Assembly (NCBI GenBank): GCA_904063045.1
Contig: CAJFCJ010000053.1
Span: 30,885 to 94,884, forward strand
DNA from: Dimorphilus gyrociliatus
Lineage: Eukaryota; Animalia; Annelida
Direction: 5' to 3'
DNA: 64,000 bases
Shown piece after piece: positions 1 to 10,962 of the stretch. The notes beneath the pieces are model-generated. The model was not told the DNA's origin. It saw only the letters and a list, made by a program, of their open reading frames with translations, and did not search any database. Within the stretch, counting starts at the first letter, position 1, and each line of letters starts with the position of its first letter. The position numbers were made by a program, and so were the translations under genes.

Positions 1-1415
1 CAGACTAAATGAATGATTGATTTTTAACATTAAATTTTTTTATTAGTCTCTGCAATAACATTTTGCATGGATTGTTCTACCTACTTAAGTTTGGACAGCT
101 GTTTCAACTATATGTTTCCAAGTATGTCACATACTTCATTTGATGGAATTTTTATTAAAGTATTTTATTAATGATCCACTTATTTTTTCCAACAATCTAT
201 AAATTATAGGCTTACTTAAAAACCAATTCAGACTGACAGACCACTTGGTGTTACACTCTCACTAAAAGCTTATATGGTTAAGATTAGTGTTGCTATTAGA
301 AGCAGTTACACTAAAGAAAGGTTTGAGTGTTTTATGGCAGGGTTAGGTTAACTAACCCTAAATACCATGGTCTATTTTCAATCCATGTATGGCTACATCT
401 TTTATAATTTTTATATACAGGGTTAAATTCCCCATTAACAGCCAAATGACCTAAACTAGTTGGCCATAAACCAGATATATATTTGTAGGTTGTTTATATA
501 CCAAGTTTACATTTGTGAATCCAGTTGAATACAATCCAACTGAAAAGTAGAAAAAAATCCAAACTATTTTAAGTAAGAAGACTTCAAAATGGCTACTGAG
601 CAATGGAGAAGAATATAAAATAAAGGCAAAATGTTTTTGACCACTTTGTAAAATGTGTAACAAATATTCTTTCAAACATGAACAACTATTACATAGCATT
701 ATGTAAAACGTACAATTTTCTTTGATGAGCATCTTTTGATTCTTTCCCAATTCCATTATGGCTCCATCTGTTATAGTCAAATTATTCTTATTTAATTGTA
801 ATTTGCTGCTTTTAAATGAATCACTAAGCTCAAAATATCTGACAAACAGAGAAAGTTTTAATTTAAGAATTGAAGTATGGAACATAGAAAGATGAACAGA
901 ACCAGAATTCTGTAATCCATCAGTGAAGATGATGCCGAATTTTCTGTATTACCACCTGTTTGATTATTTGTTAAATAAATACATAATTTCTAAGTAGAAT
1001 TCAATTGTTATCTTACAGAATTTTCACAGATACTCTTCATTTTCTTGTACAGTTTCATTAGAAGGTCTACAAGATTCTGGAATGTTATACGTGCAAAAGA
1101 ACAAATCACATATTTTTTTGATATCAATACAGTTTTGCAGATAACTTTGGCATGCTGGAAAAAAAGAGATATAAACCCTAAATTATTGATTGGCGATATA
1201 TTCAAGTATATTACTTAAGTAACAAATCGCCTTAGTAAATAATTCAATGTCTAGGAAATTCCAAATAAGACAACCGTTCATAATAAGATTTCCTCCACAC
1301 TGCACATGTCCTGTCATAATTATGCAGCATTGTGTTGGCATGAAACCATTTTCCATCATGTTATCAAAGTTATTGCTCATTTTTTCATTGCATTCCCTAA
1401 CCAAACTTGTACAAC
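1..1415 (+). repeat. Direct repeat, copy 1 (near-identical to 62587-64000)
   Basis: The sequence starting CAGACTAAATGAATGAT recurs at 62587 and runs to the window end, with only a few substitutions and 1-nt indels. Confidence 0.97.
451..1200 (-). other. Possible exons of an unidentified host gene (copy at 63035-63780; related exon at 61328-61525)
   Basis: The peptide LTITDGAIMEL...KMxIK is shared with 61328-61525; no domain recognised. Confidence 0.25.
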
Positions 1416-1594
1416 TATTCTGTAAATTTCCTGTACTGTTTTCCATTGTCTTAAACTCCATTAAATTTTCAATATTTATCAGTGATGACGATGACAATGA
1501 TGATGGCAATGCAGCTGGGATGAACAGCAAAACAGAAACTATAAATAAAAATTTTTTTTTCGTTTTAGAAATATAAAAAGTTAATTAAGTATTT

Positions 1595-2020
1595 GTACTT
1601 TGTTGTATTGTAATTGTAGGAATTTGTGGTTTGTCACAACTGTAATTGTCCTTTCCAATTATTTACCAACTTGCCAAAGTACTCACACAAATAGAACCTT
1701 TAAAGTTTGTCCACAAATAGTCTAACAAAGGCAATTTTGGTAGAAAAGGTAGAATATAAAAACAGTCAAATATACAATCTACATGTTTTCTTGATTGTTG
1801 GACTTGTCCTACTAAAATTATTACATCTTATGCAACTCTCCAACCTTCGAAATTCAACTATTATTTAGAAGAGGAAAACAATAAAAACATGACCATATTT
1901 AGAACTTTTCTTTGTCTTCAAATGTTACTTTTGTTTTTGTGAACATTGAAATTTGTGAACTATCAACCCTTAAAAGAGTATATAAACCCTACGAAATTAA
2001 CAGTTGATAGTTCAGTTTTA
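1595..2020 (+). mobile_element. Rearranged fragment of LTR family B (5' part forward, next part inverted)
   Basis: 1595-1744 matches the start of solo LTR 41990-42925; 1745-2020 matches its ~42245-42520 segment as reverse complement. Confidence 0.85.
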
Positions 2021-2297
2021 TAACCATCTTTTAAGATTTAAAAGAGATGACAAAAACCATCCTCCTATATTTGATGGAAATAAATTTGAAAAACTTGCAG
2101 TAGACAAAATGATAAAATTCAAAGAATTTTGTGATGAAAAAATGTGGCTTGTTCAACAACACCAACCACATAACTTAAACAAACAACAACTTGGAGAAAT
2201 AATATCAAGACAATTGAATAGCACTGATCATATTGTAAAGTTTTTCAATACAATCAAAGTTAATAGAATAAATCATCCAAATATTAATGAAATGATG

Positions 2298-5048
2298 GGG
2301 GTCGGGTGTGAACGTACCTGGGTGCGAACGTACCCGGGTGCGAACGTACCCTGGGCGGGTGCGAACGTACCCTGGGCGGGTGCGAACGTACCCTGGGCGG
2401 GTGCGAACGTACCCAGGTACGTTCGCACCCTATTTTTATATTTATTTTATTTTTGAATTTTTGAATAAACATGTACATTGACACCCTTTTTTCCTTCTGT
2501 TCCTTCATTATATATTTGTTAATATATTGATTTGATAGAATGCAGATATTAAATAGAATACATATCCCATCAATATTAAATTACTACTTTAAAAGAAAAT
2601 GTTGTTGAAAGTGAAATAGCAGCCATTTTAATAGTGATAGTTTTATTAAATAAACTTTCACTTGGAATATTTATCCTTGCAAAAGTAAAGCTATATTTAC
2701 TGAATAAATTTGGACAAAGTTCTTCTTGGAAGCTTCAACAGAAGTGAGTATTTATATCTAATCATTGAGATTGTTGATTCATGATATTTTGATGTAATAT
2801 ACTATCTTCAATTGTGAAAAAGCTGAATATTTTTCATAAATAAAATTTCAGCCATTTTGAATATTTGGAAAGGAAATTTATTGATAACTGGAAATATTTT
2901 TAGATAACCATCTACATTTGATTGAAGATTAAAAAATGGCTTTCAAATGTCACAATTGTCATTCAACAATTTATGGAAGGCAAAAATATTTGAAATGCAG
3001 CCTTTGTAAGAATCTTATTCATAGGAAATGCACAGGTATGTAACTCTTTAATCAGCTTTCATGTAATTATATTTTTTAACATATTCTTATAGAAACACAT
3101 AACATACCAATTTGCAAACCTTGTAACAAAAGAAAATGTACTGTCATGCTCAAGAAGTTAACTAATCTGGAAATTCATCAATTCAAAGTAAATTCTGAAG
3201 AAAGCTTTATTGATGAAAGAAATAAGATTGCTGCAGTTGAGGAATCAATATTGGAGGATGAAAATCATGTTCTTTCAGAATGCCAATCAATGGACCTAGA
3301 CTCTTTGGAGGAAGTTGAAGAGAATGCTGAAGAATATTGTGAATCATCCACAAAAAGTGATTTTGAGATTGTAAAAGGAGGAAGTAGAAAGGGACATGAC
3401 ATTTTACTGAATGATGGATATTCTTTTGTTGTTAAACATAAAACACCATCAAGTACTATTTGGGTGTGCAGTGTGAGAAGTAAGAAGAAAAGATGTGTGG
3501 CCAGAATAAGACAAAATGGAAATTTATTTCTCAAAGGCAATTTGGAACATAATCACAACAGAAAAAAGAATTTAGAAGTGGATATTAAAGTGAAAACAGA
3601 TTTGAAAATTGTTTGCAGAAGTGATAATCAAACATCTGGAAGAAGCATTGCTGAAAAAGTTCTTCTATCCTATGAACCCAATGCAACTTGTCTTCCTGAT
3701 ATCAACTATTTGAAGAGAATGGCAAACTCAAATAGACAAAAGTTTAGGCCAGTGGAACCTAAAGTGTACAACTTTAATTTAGATGAAACATTTTTGCCTG
3801 ATGAATTTTTGCAGAAAGATATTTGTGAAAATGGAGAAAGAATTTTAATCTTTGCAACAAACCATCAGCTGAATTTATTATCAAAATCCAACTGTTGGTA
3901 CATTGATGGTACTTTCAAGATTGTAAAAGAACCATTTTATCAACTTGTCACTATTCACTCATTTGTTAAGAAGAGTGGTGATATGAAGCAAGTTCCTCTT
4001 GTTTTTATTTTTCTGACTTCAAAGCATACCAAAGCATACTTACAAGCATTTCAAGTAAATATTTCATATTATCTCTTCAAAAGTGATGATAAATAAAGTT
4101 GCTTTTTTGTAGCATATCAACAATCTTATCAATGATTTTCATCCAAAAAGAATTACAATGGATTTTGAAAAAGGACTATGGAAAGCATTATCAAAAGTAT
4201 ATCCCCTCACTGAATTTCAAGGTTGTGTATTTCATTTCACACAAGCAGTATACAGGAAAATACAAGTCAGTTACATTCAAATATATATAACATTATCTAT
4301 TAAATAACTTATATTATTGAATAGGCTCTTGGCTATGTAAAGAAATACAAAGAAAAAGGAAATGATTGGAAAGATTTCAGAAAATTGATGGCTCTGCCAT
4401 TCTTGCCAGCACATATTATTCAACCAACATTTGACAGCATAAATGCAGAACTTTGTGAAAAAAATAGATTTTTGGACCTGCTGCAATACTTCCAAACAAA
4501 CTGGATCAAAAATAAATTATGGAAACCAAATAACTGGTCAGTTTTTGGTTTGTCTATTAGGACCAATAATGATTGTGAAGGATGGCATCAAAGAATGAAT
4601 AGTAAGCTGCCTGCTAAAGGTTCTTTTTACATGCTGGTTGATGAGCTAAAAAAAGAGTCTGAGTTGATTGCAGTTTATGAGAAATTACTGTCAGAAAAAA
4701 GGATTTACAAACATCAAAAGAAAAAGTATATTGACATCCAAAAGAAAATTTTTGATTTATGGGATGATTTCAAGTTGAACAAATTGACATCAATTGATCT
4801 ATTAATGCAGACATCCCATATCTACTCTCCAGCATAAATATCATTTGTCAAGCTTTATTGTTTTTTAGTATAATATTTAGTCTTTTAAATACATACTTTT
4901 AGATTTATAGCTAAATCTTTTATTCAAAAATTCAAAAATAAAATAAATATAAAAATAGGGTGCGAACGTACCCAGGTACGTTCGCACCCGCCCAGGGTAC
5001 GTTCGCACCCGGGTACGTTCACACCCAGGTACGTTCGCACCCCAACTC
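2298..5048 (+). mobile_element. Mutator-like (MULE) DNA transposon, full length
   Basis: 9-bp TSD GAAATGATG at 2289-2297 and 5049-5057; ~170-bp TIRs built from GGGTGCGAACGTACC repeats; internal transposase gene. Confidence 0.95.
2936..4837 (+). CDS. MULE transposase, 575 aa, 4 exons (2936-3035, 3093-4054, 4113-4265, 4325-4837): PHD-like finger, FLYWCH-like domain, DDE core
   Basis: GT-AG introns of 57-59 nt join the exons without stops; motifs WYIDGTFK, ITMDFE, GCVFH, NNDCEGWH; N-terminal C4HC3 pattern. Confidence 0.9.
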
Positions 5049-6226
5049 GAAATGATGACATCTTTCACAGAGATTGGAGTGAATCTAAGAGAAGAGGAAG
5101 TTGAAAATCTTATGAAAATTCAACAGCCTGGAGTTGAATTAACAAACAATTATAATTTGCTTCTGCTCACAGATGGCAGTTTGGGTGATTTAGATTTGCT
5201 TCAAATAGAAGATGTTAAGAGAAATATCAATTTTGGTGGAAATATTTTAATTATAAACATTTCTGGTCTATCATTTAAAAATTGCAAAGAAATTTTATCA
5301 AAATGGAATATAAAAGCTACAGTTGTAGCCCTTCATATTCTTTTTGATATCATTAATGATGTTGATGAGAATTTTCCAGATATTTACACAAACAATGGAA
5401 ATTTTAAAGAATGTCTCCTATTTATAAAATACAATGAAAAAAATTATATAAATAATCAAGTAGCACCACCAAAAAATTTACAAAAAATGTTCACAAATGT
5501 TTTTTATATCAATAGCATTATAAGAGGAGATCCTTTTCATAGATGAATGCAGCAGGGAAAGATCTCTTCATTAAGAAATGTTGTTCAACAACTGATTTTT
5601 AATGAAATTTTAGTGAACACAAAAGAAATAATGGTTCAGCAACAAAGAAGGACTGGAAGAAGGAGATTAAATAGACAAAGATATCAGTGAGAATTGCACA
5701 AATCATTCATATTATATATTATTGCTTTCCATGTCTTTTTTATGCAAACATATTATATTATATTTCATTGAAAAAACATTCATATAATAACTATGTATTC
5801 ATATTAGTGCAGGATACAAATTTTACAAACAAAAAAATGACAAAGCAGCAATCTAATTATGTCACTTAAAAGTTAAATATATTATTGTGCAACATGTTTG
5901 TCATATTTGCAACCTAGATATTGAAATATCAGTCCATATGAAAGTGAGGGAAGCTCCAGTGTTTTCATTTAAGAATCATTTTTGTTTATCTATAATATTC
6001 TGAATTAAATATGTTCTAATTGATATACTTTGAAGCAATTCTTTCATTAACACTATAAGATCTATCAGACAATTTGGATTTTATATTCTACTCTCAAACA
6101 TTATACATAACCAAACATTTAAAACAAAAAGAATTACAACAAAAATTCATGCAAGGAAGGATACAATTATAGAATTGGTCCTATCCTCCCCTTCAAGGTA
6201 GCAGTAAGTGAAGCTATCCTCTGAAA

Positions 6227-6276
6227 TGACCCTGATGAGTCTTTGCAAAAGGGGAAGATGAAACCATGGTAGGTCA
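6227..6276 (+). ncRNA. Type I hammerhead ribozyme (family G), copy 1
   Basis: TGACC-CTGATGA-GTCTT..AAGAT-GAAA-CCATGG-TA-GGTCA: stem I, core, stem II, palindromic stem III, GUA site. Confidence 0.92.
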
Positions 6277-6853
6277 ACCAAACTTGGTTCCATTTCACCT
6301 AATACTAAATATATACTACATTAAGACATTAAATCATTAATCAACTTGAGATGTGAAGACTACTTGATTCATATTGTGCAATAACTTCTTACTCTTGCAT
6401 CTCACAATAATGGGGGATCTCCTGAAACTTTGTTGGAAGTTATTCGACTTTCATCAGAACTTAGATCTTAGTATCTAGTTCAACATTACAAAAACCTAAT
6501 CAGAAGTAAGGAGAGTCAAGGGGTTTGACGAACAGTACAAGTTGATTTCTATGTCTGATCATCCAGCTTACAAAAAAATTAAACAAAAAATATTTCAAAA
6601 TACAACAATACTCATATGTTTATTCATACAAACAAGCATACAATTATTACAAAATTCAACTTCCACAGTTGATATTACAATAAAACACATCTATACATCA
6701 TTAGACATACAGTTACAAAAAATTATCTCTTCCATTCAATCTATGCACATTCATCAATCTTATGACAAAAATAAAATGCAAGGCAGGATACAATTGCAGA
6801 ATTGGTCCTAACCTCCCCTTCAAGGTAGCAGTAAGTGAAGCTATCCTCTGAAA

Positions 6854-6903
6854 TGACCCTGATGAGTCTTTGCAAAAGGGGAAGACGAAACCATGGTAGG
6901 TCA
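6854..6903 (+). ncRNA. Type I hammerhead ribozyme (family G), copy 2
   Basis: Same architecture with stem II GTCTT/AAGAC; 627 nt from copy 1. Confidence 0.94.
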
Positions 6904-7100
6904 ACTATTCTTAGTAACCATCAAAAAATTAGAACATAAACTGAACATTTTTTCATCAATCAGTTGTAGATAGTCTTACTTGTACAGAGTGTTCTTACTC
7001 TTGCATTCCATACCATTGTGGAATCTCTTGAAACTTTGGTGGAAGTTATTCAACTTTCATCAGAACTTAGATCTTAGTATCTAGTTCAACATTACAAAAA

Positions 7101-7139
7101 CCTAACCCTAACCCTAACCCTAACCCTAACCCTAACCCT
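7101..7139 (+). repeat. Interstitial telomeric tract, ~6.5 units of TAACCC
   Basis: Perfect hexamer run directly after the 3' end of element G. Confidence 0.95.
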
Positions 7140-7414
7140 GTCAACAAGAACTTCATTCATTGAATTATCCTACAAAAATGTAAGTTATTCAGTTAATATT
7201 TGTGTTATGTGTTTTTAAAAAATATTTGGCAGCAGTCTCTATATAGATTTACAAAATCTATAGATAATTAGTTGGATTTTAAGGCCATTTCCATGTTGGC
7301 AGCCATTTTGATTGGCATGCAAGGCGAATATTTTAATTATTTCAGTGTTATTTAAATAACATTGACATGCTCTCAGTATATTCTTTAGATATTATTATGT
7401 AGATTAATATGCTT

Positions 7415-7800
7415 CAAACAGAATTAAAATCGGTCAATTATTCACTGACTTAGGTCAAAATAAACATTATAGGCATTTTCCTTCTTTATGTACCTATAAT
7501 GAAAACAACGGCAAAAATTCCAATTTACTGTAATTTTTATCCAATCCTTTTGATTTTTTAAAACGTTATAGATCTATTTATGCCAGTTCCAAATCATCAA
7601 ACAGAATTAAAATCTGTCAATTATTGACTGAGTAAGGTCCACTTAAAGATTTCACGCATTTTCATTTTACGCAGTTAAAGAAAACAACGGCAAAAAATTC
7701 ATTTTACTGTAATTTTTATCCAATCCTTTTGAATTTTTACAACATTATACATCTATTTATACAAGTTCTGAAATTTCAAACATAATTAACATCTAGCAAC
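7415..7800 (+). repeat. Degenerate ~180-bp tandem repeat
   Basis: AAACAGAATTAAAATC and GAAAACAACGGCAAAAA blocks recur at ~180-bp spacing. Confidence 0.7.
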
Positions 7801-8189
7801 TACTTCCTTAGCTATGTTAATATCCAAATTTTCTACACATACTGTTAACATGGCCAACATACATATATCTCAAAATTATTTAGGGTTAGCCAGCTATTTC
7901 TTATCAGATTTTCTTCTGCTTTATTTTTATTAATGTACAGCATTGTTAATACTGATTTCAATAATTTCTAACAGATTTAACAACATTGGTTTGGGAATTT
8001 GCCGAAGCAGAGACAATTCACATTGAAAACTTCAAACTACCTATACACTCCCAATCAACAAACAATTTCCATCTGCCATCCAAATTGAAGATTACAATTA
8101 CTACTCTTCTATGTAAGTACAATGCTTTGTGTGTCTTGTTGTGGCTGAATATTTTGTGTTTAGGTCACAAACAATAACTCCACATTATT

Positions 8190-9593
8190 GTGTTAGGGTT
8201 AGGGTTATTGCTTGGCAGGGTTACTTTTATGCAGCCAACATATTTTTTTTCCCTTAGGCAAAACCAAAAACCAATAATGGATTTAGACTTTTTTGCTATA
8301 TGGTCACCAACTGTAAATTTGATTGACCTCTTTGGTGAATTTATTCATCTAAGCCCAACTGAGGGTAGGATTAACGATTTACAACAATTTAAATCATTCA
8401 TATCCCTCACTATCACACCATTTATTCTCAAAATTGAAAATAGTACAATGATTAAGGAGCAAATTTTTGAATATCTAAAGGATAATTATAATATCTTTCT
8501 ATTACCTCATCAAAATCAGTTAATATTATCAAATTCAAATCAACTTGTATCAACTTTAATTGTTATAAAAACTTTATTAGCTAACAAAATATATAAAGTC
8601 AGAATAGCAGCTTATGGTATGAAATCAACTCATATTCCTTCGATTTTATATACAATTACCAATAACCTTCCCAGTCATGACAATATATTTGATTTTGCAT
8701 TTAATATTAAAATGGATTATGGTGGTGGTGGTGGTGGTGATGATGATGATGAAACAACCAAGTTACATTTATTTAAAATACCAAAAAGCCATGGTATAAC
8801 TTTTCCTATTCTTTATGGAATTGGTGGAGGTTTTGGAGGTATATTAATTAAATATTTACCTCCTAATCCTTCGGTCTATAATAATAATATTGCAATTAAA
8901 TTATACCAAAGTGGCCTTATACATATCATTAAAGCTGTTAATAAAATGGGTTATGAAGCTGAACCAAGAACAAATAAGGCTATTCATCTAAGATATTGTA
9001 TGTTCAGAAAATTAATTGACATTTTAAAGAGAAATCAAAAATTCTTACACAAATTATGTTTGGAGACAAGAATTAGAAACATCAACATGGAAGAAGGAAT
9101 TAAAGTTGCCAATAAGATATTAGGTGGTGGAAATGTTTATAAATTATTTCAATTAAATAATTTAAACATCCAAGAATGTACAAGACATATTGATTTGGCT
9201 GATTATTTCTATAATATATATCACATATTAAAATTAGCTGAAGCCTATAAATTTGGTAAGGTTAAAAGCCAAAAGCCACCAAGAGAGGAACACTTACATT
9301 TATTAATTAAAATCTATAGCTCACTTGGAATATTTTCCAATTATTGGAAGAAATGGAAATGTCCATATATTAACATCAGCTTTACTGGAAATATCACTTG
9401 CGATAATAATTTACACAATGAAATTGAAAGTTTGTCTATAACTGACAACAATACAACTCAGCCTAATAAACCATTACCAATAATTCAAATTTGCAAAGAA
9501 AATCCAAATGATTGCAAGTCAGACCATTTGATATTTTTCAATAGTCAAGATTTCTCAATAACAGAGAGGGTAATTGAAAAAAAAAACCAGTAA
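8190..9593 (+). CDS. Intronless ORF of unknown function (probable start ~8229 or ~8277)
   Basis: 467 open codons in very AT-rich DNA; the first codons are a telomeric tract and are probably not translated. Confidence 0.65.
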   Translation: MLGLGLLLGRVTFMQPTYFFSLRQNQKPIMDLDFFAIWSPTVNLIDLFGEFIHLSPTEGRINDLQQFKSFISLTITPFILKIENSTMIKEQIFEYLKDNYNIFLLPHQNQLILSNSNQLVSTLIVIKTLLANKIYKVRIAAYGMKSTHIPSILYTITNNLPSHDNIFDFAFNIKMDYGGGGGGDDDDETTKLHLFKIPKSHGITFPILYGIGGGFGGILIKYLPPNPSVYNNNIAIKLYQSGLIHIIKAVNKMGYEAEPRTNKAIHLRYCMFRKLIDILKRNQKFLHKLCLETRIRNINMEEGIKVANKILGGGNVYKLFQLNNLNIQECTRHIDLADYFYNIYHILKLAEAYKFGKVKSQKPPREEHLHLLIKIYSSLGIFSNYWKKWKCPYINISFTGNITCDNNLHNEIESLSITDNNTTQPNKPLPIIQICKENPNDCKSDHLIFFNSQDFSITERVIEKKNQ

Positions 9594-9616
9594 ATAAATC
9601 CAGGATTCTTCAACAG

Positions 9617-10888
9617 ATGGATAATTGTTTACAAATTGTACAACATACAAAAAACAAAAACAAGTTTACTGTTCAAGTTAGAGGAGGTGGATTTTATAAA
9701 ACATTTTCATGTAGAAAAAAATTACTTCAAGATATTTACAAAAAGTTTGGTGAAAAATATCCTAATAAGTTTGTTACCAAAAGGAAACAATTCAACAGAA
9801 CACTATGTATAAACCTTACTGAAGCAGATAAACAATTCAACATTCCCAATCAAATCATAACAAGAAGAATGAAAATGAGAAACAAAATTAATATCGATAA
9901 AGATATTTTAGGGAAAAAATCCTTTCTTCAACCTACAATCAAACTTCATTCCATTAATTGTGTTATAGAGTTTACAAAACTTAAATTAAATTATAGATTG
10001 AAAATGACTAAAAACCATATACAAAAAGATTTTCAATCTATAATACAAAGTACACAGTGTCATGTTCAACTTAAAAAATTAGGGTGTAAATACCAGCAGA
10101 AAGTTATATTATTCAACTTACAAAAGCTAATACACAATGATAATGATGATGATGATGGTGATGATGTATTTGATGATGACAACAATCAACTAACAAATCA
10201 CAATAAATCAGGGTTAGCAGCAGGAGTTACAATTACAAAGCAACAGGCATTCAAAATTATAAATTTCAAATGTCTGTTATCAGCACCAGCTACCAATAAC
10301 AACAACAACAATAATAATAATAATAATAGAGAACAGCTGAAAGAAAGAAAAGGTCACCAAATCAGGGTTTATAATATCACCAACAGTCAACATTTAACAT
10401 ATGTCATTGTACCAGGGGATGGAAATTGCCTGTTTAGCTCTCTACTTTACTTTCAGACAAGGTTTACATGTCCAAATGTTTTAAGAAAATTTATTGTGGG
10501 ACATTTGCTATGTGGAAATCTGGGGAATAAAAGTTTATTTGGAAATGTAACATTGAAAAAAAGGATCAAATGGCAGTATCAGAATATGGATAATTATAAA
10601 AAAACCATGTATTATGGTTTAGGTTGGGGGGGTTCTATTGAGATAGAAGCATTTTCGCAATTATTTAACAAGAAAATTGTTGTATATGGTAAACGGTTTC
10701 ATAAATACATAATTGTGGAAATGACAAATATGCATGATGCCAACATTAACCAGATCCACTGCTTAATGTACAAAGATTACCATTATAATCCCATTGTAAA
10801 TCAAGTTACAATAGGTAAGTTCAATAAAATAGTTGGTTTTAATCTGTACTATCTTTATTTAATTTCTACAGATTCTGTTCAGGGTTAG
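9617..10888 (+). CDS. Intronless ORF with C-terminal OTU-like cysteine protease domain
   Basis: VPGDGNCLFSSL, WGGSIEIEAFSQLF and terminal HYNPI match the OTU catalytic Asp/Cys...His pattern. Confidence 0.8.
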   Translation: MDNCLQIVQHTKNKNKFTVQVRGGGFYKTFSCRKKLLQDIYKKFGEKYPNKFVTKRKQFNRTLCINLTEADKQFNIPNQIITRRMKMRNKINIDKDILGKKSFLQPTIKLHSINCVIEFTKLKLNYRLKMTKNHIQKDFQSIIQSTQCHVQLKKLGCKYQQKVILFNLQKLIHNDNDDDDGDDVFDDDNNQLTNHNKSGLAAGVTITKQQAFKIINFKCLLSAPATNNNNNNNNNNNREQLKERKGHQIRVYNITNSQHLTYVIVPGDGNCLFSSLLYFQTRFTCPNVLRKFIVGHLLCGNLGNKSLFGNVTLKKRIKWQYQNMDNYKKTMYYGLGWGGSIEIEAFSQLFNKKIVVYGKRFHKYIIVEMTNMHDANINQIHCLMYKDYHYNPIVNQVTIGKFNKIVGFNLYYLYLISTDSVQG

Positions 10889-10962
10889 ATAACAGCCTTA
10901 CAACTAACCTAAACTATTATAGTCAACAACATCAACTTTACAAATTTCTGTTAATGTTCCTT

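Larger units (their letters stand above)
2021..5690 (+). pseudogene. ORF of HHR-bearing element 'G', split by the MULE insertion; weak SGNH/GDSL-like resemblance
   Basis: Removing 2298-5057 joins ...NHPNINEMM to TSFTEIGVNL... in frame. TGA at 5544-5546 corresponds to AGA (Arg) in the paralog at 17346-17573. Confidence 0.7.

Noticed and set aside
2304-2430. Regular short repeats resembling a CRISPR array (also 4955-5045, 21851-21975, 55980-56110)
   Set aside because: No unique spacers and a eukaryotic context; at 2304 and 4955 they are the TIRs of a TSD-flanked MULE.
7101-7139. A true chromosome end
   Set aside because: The tract is only 39 bp and has complex sequence on both sides; all tracts here are interstitial.
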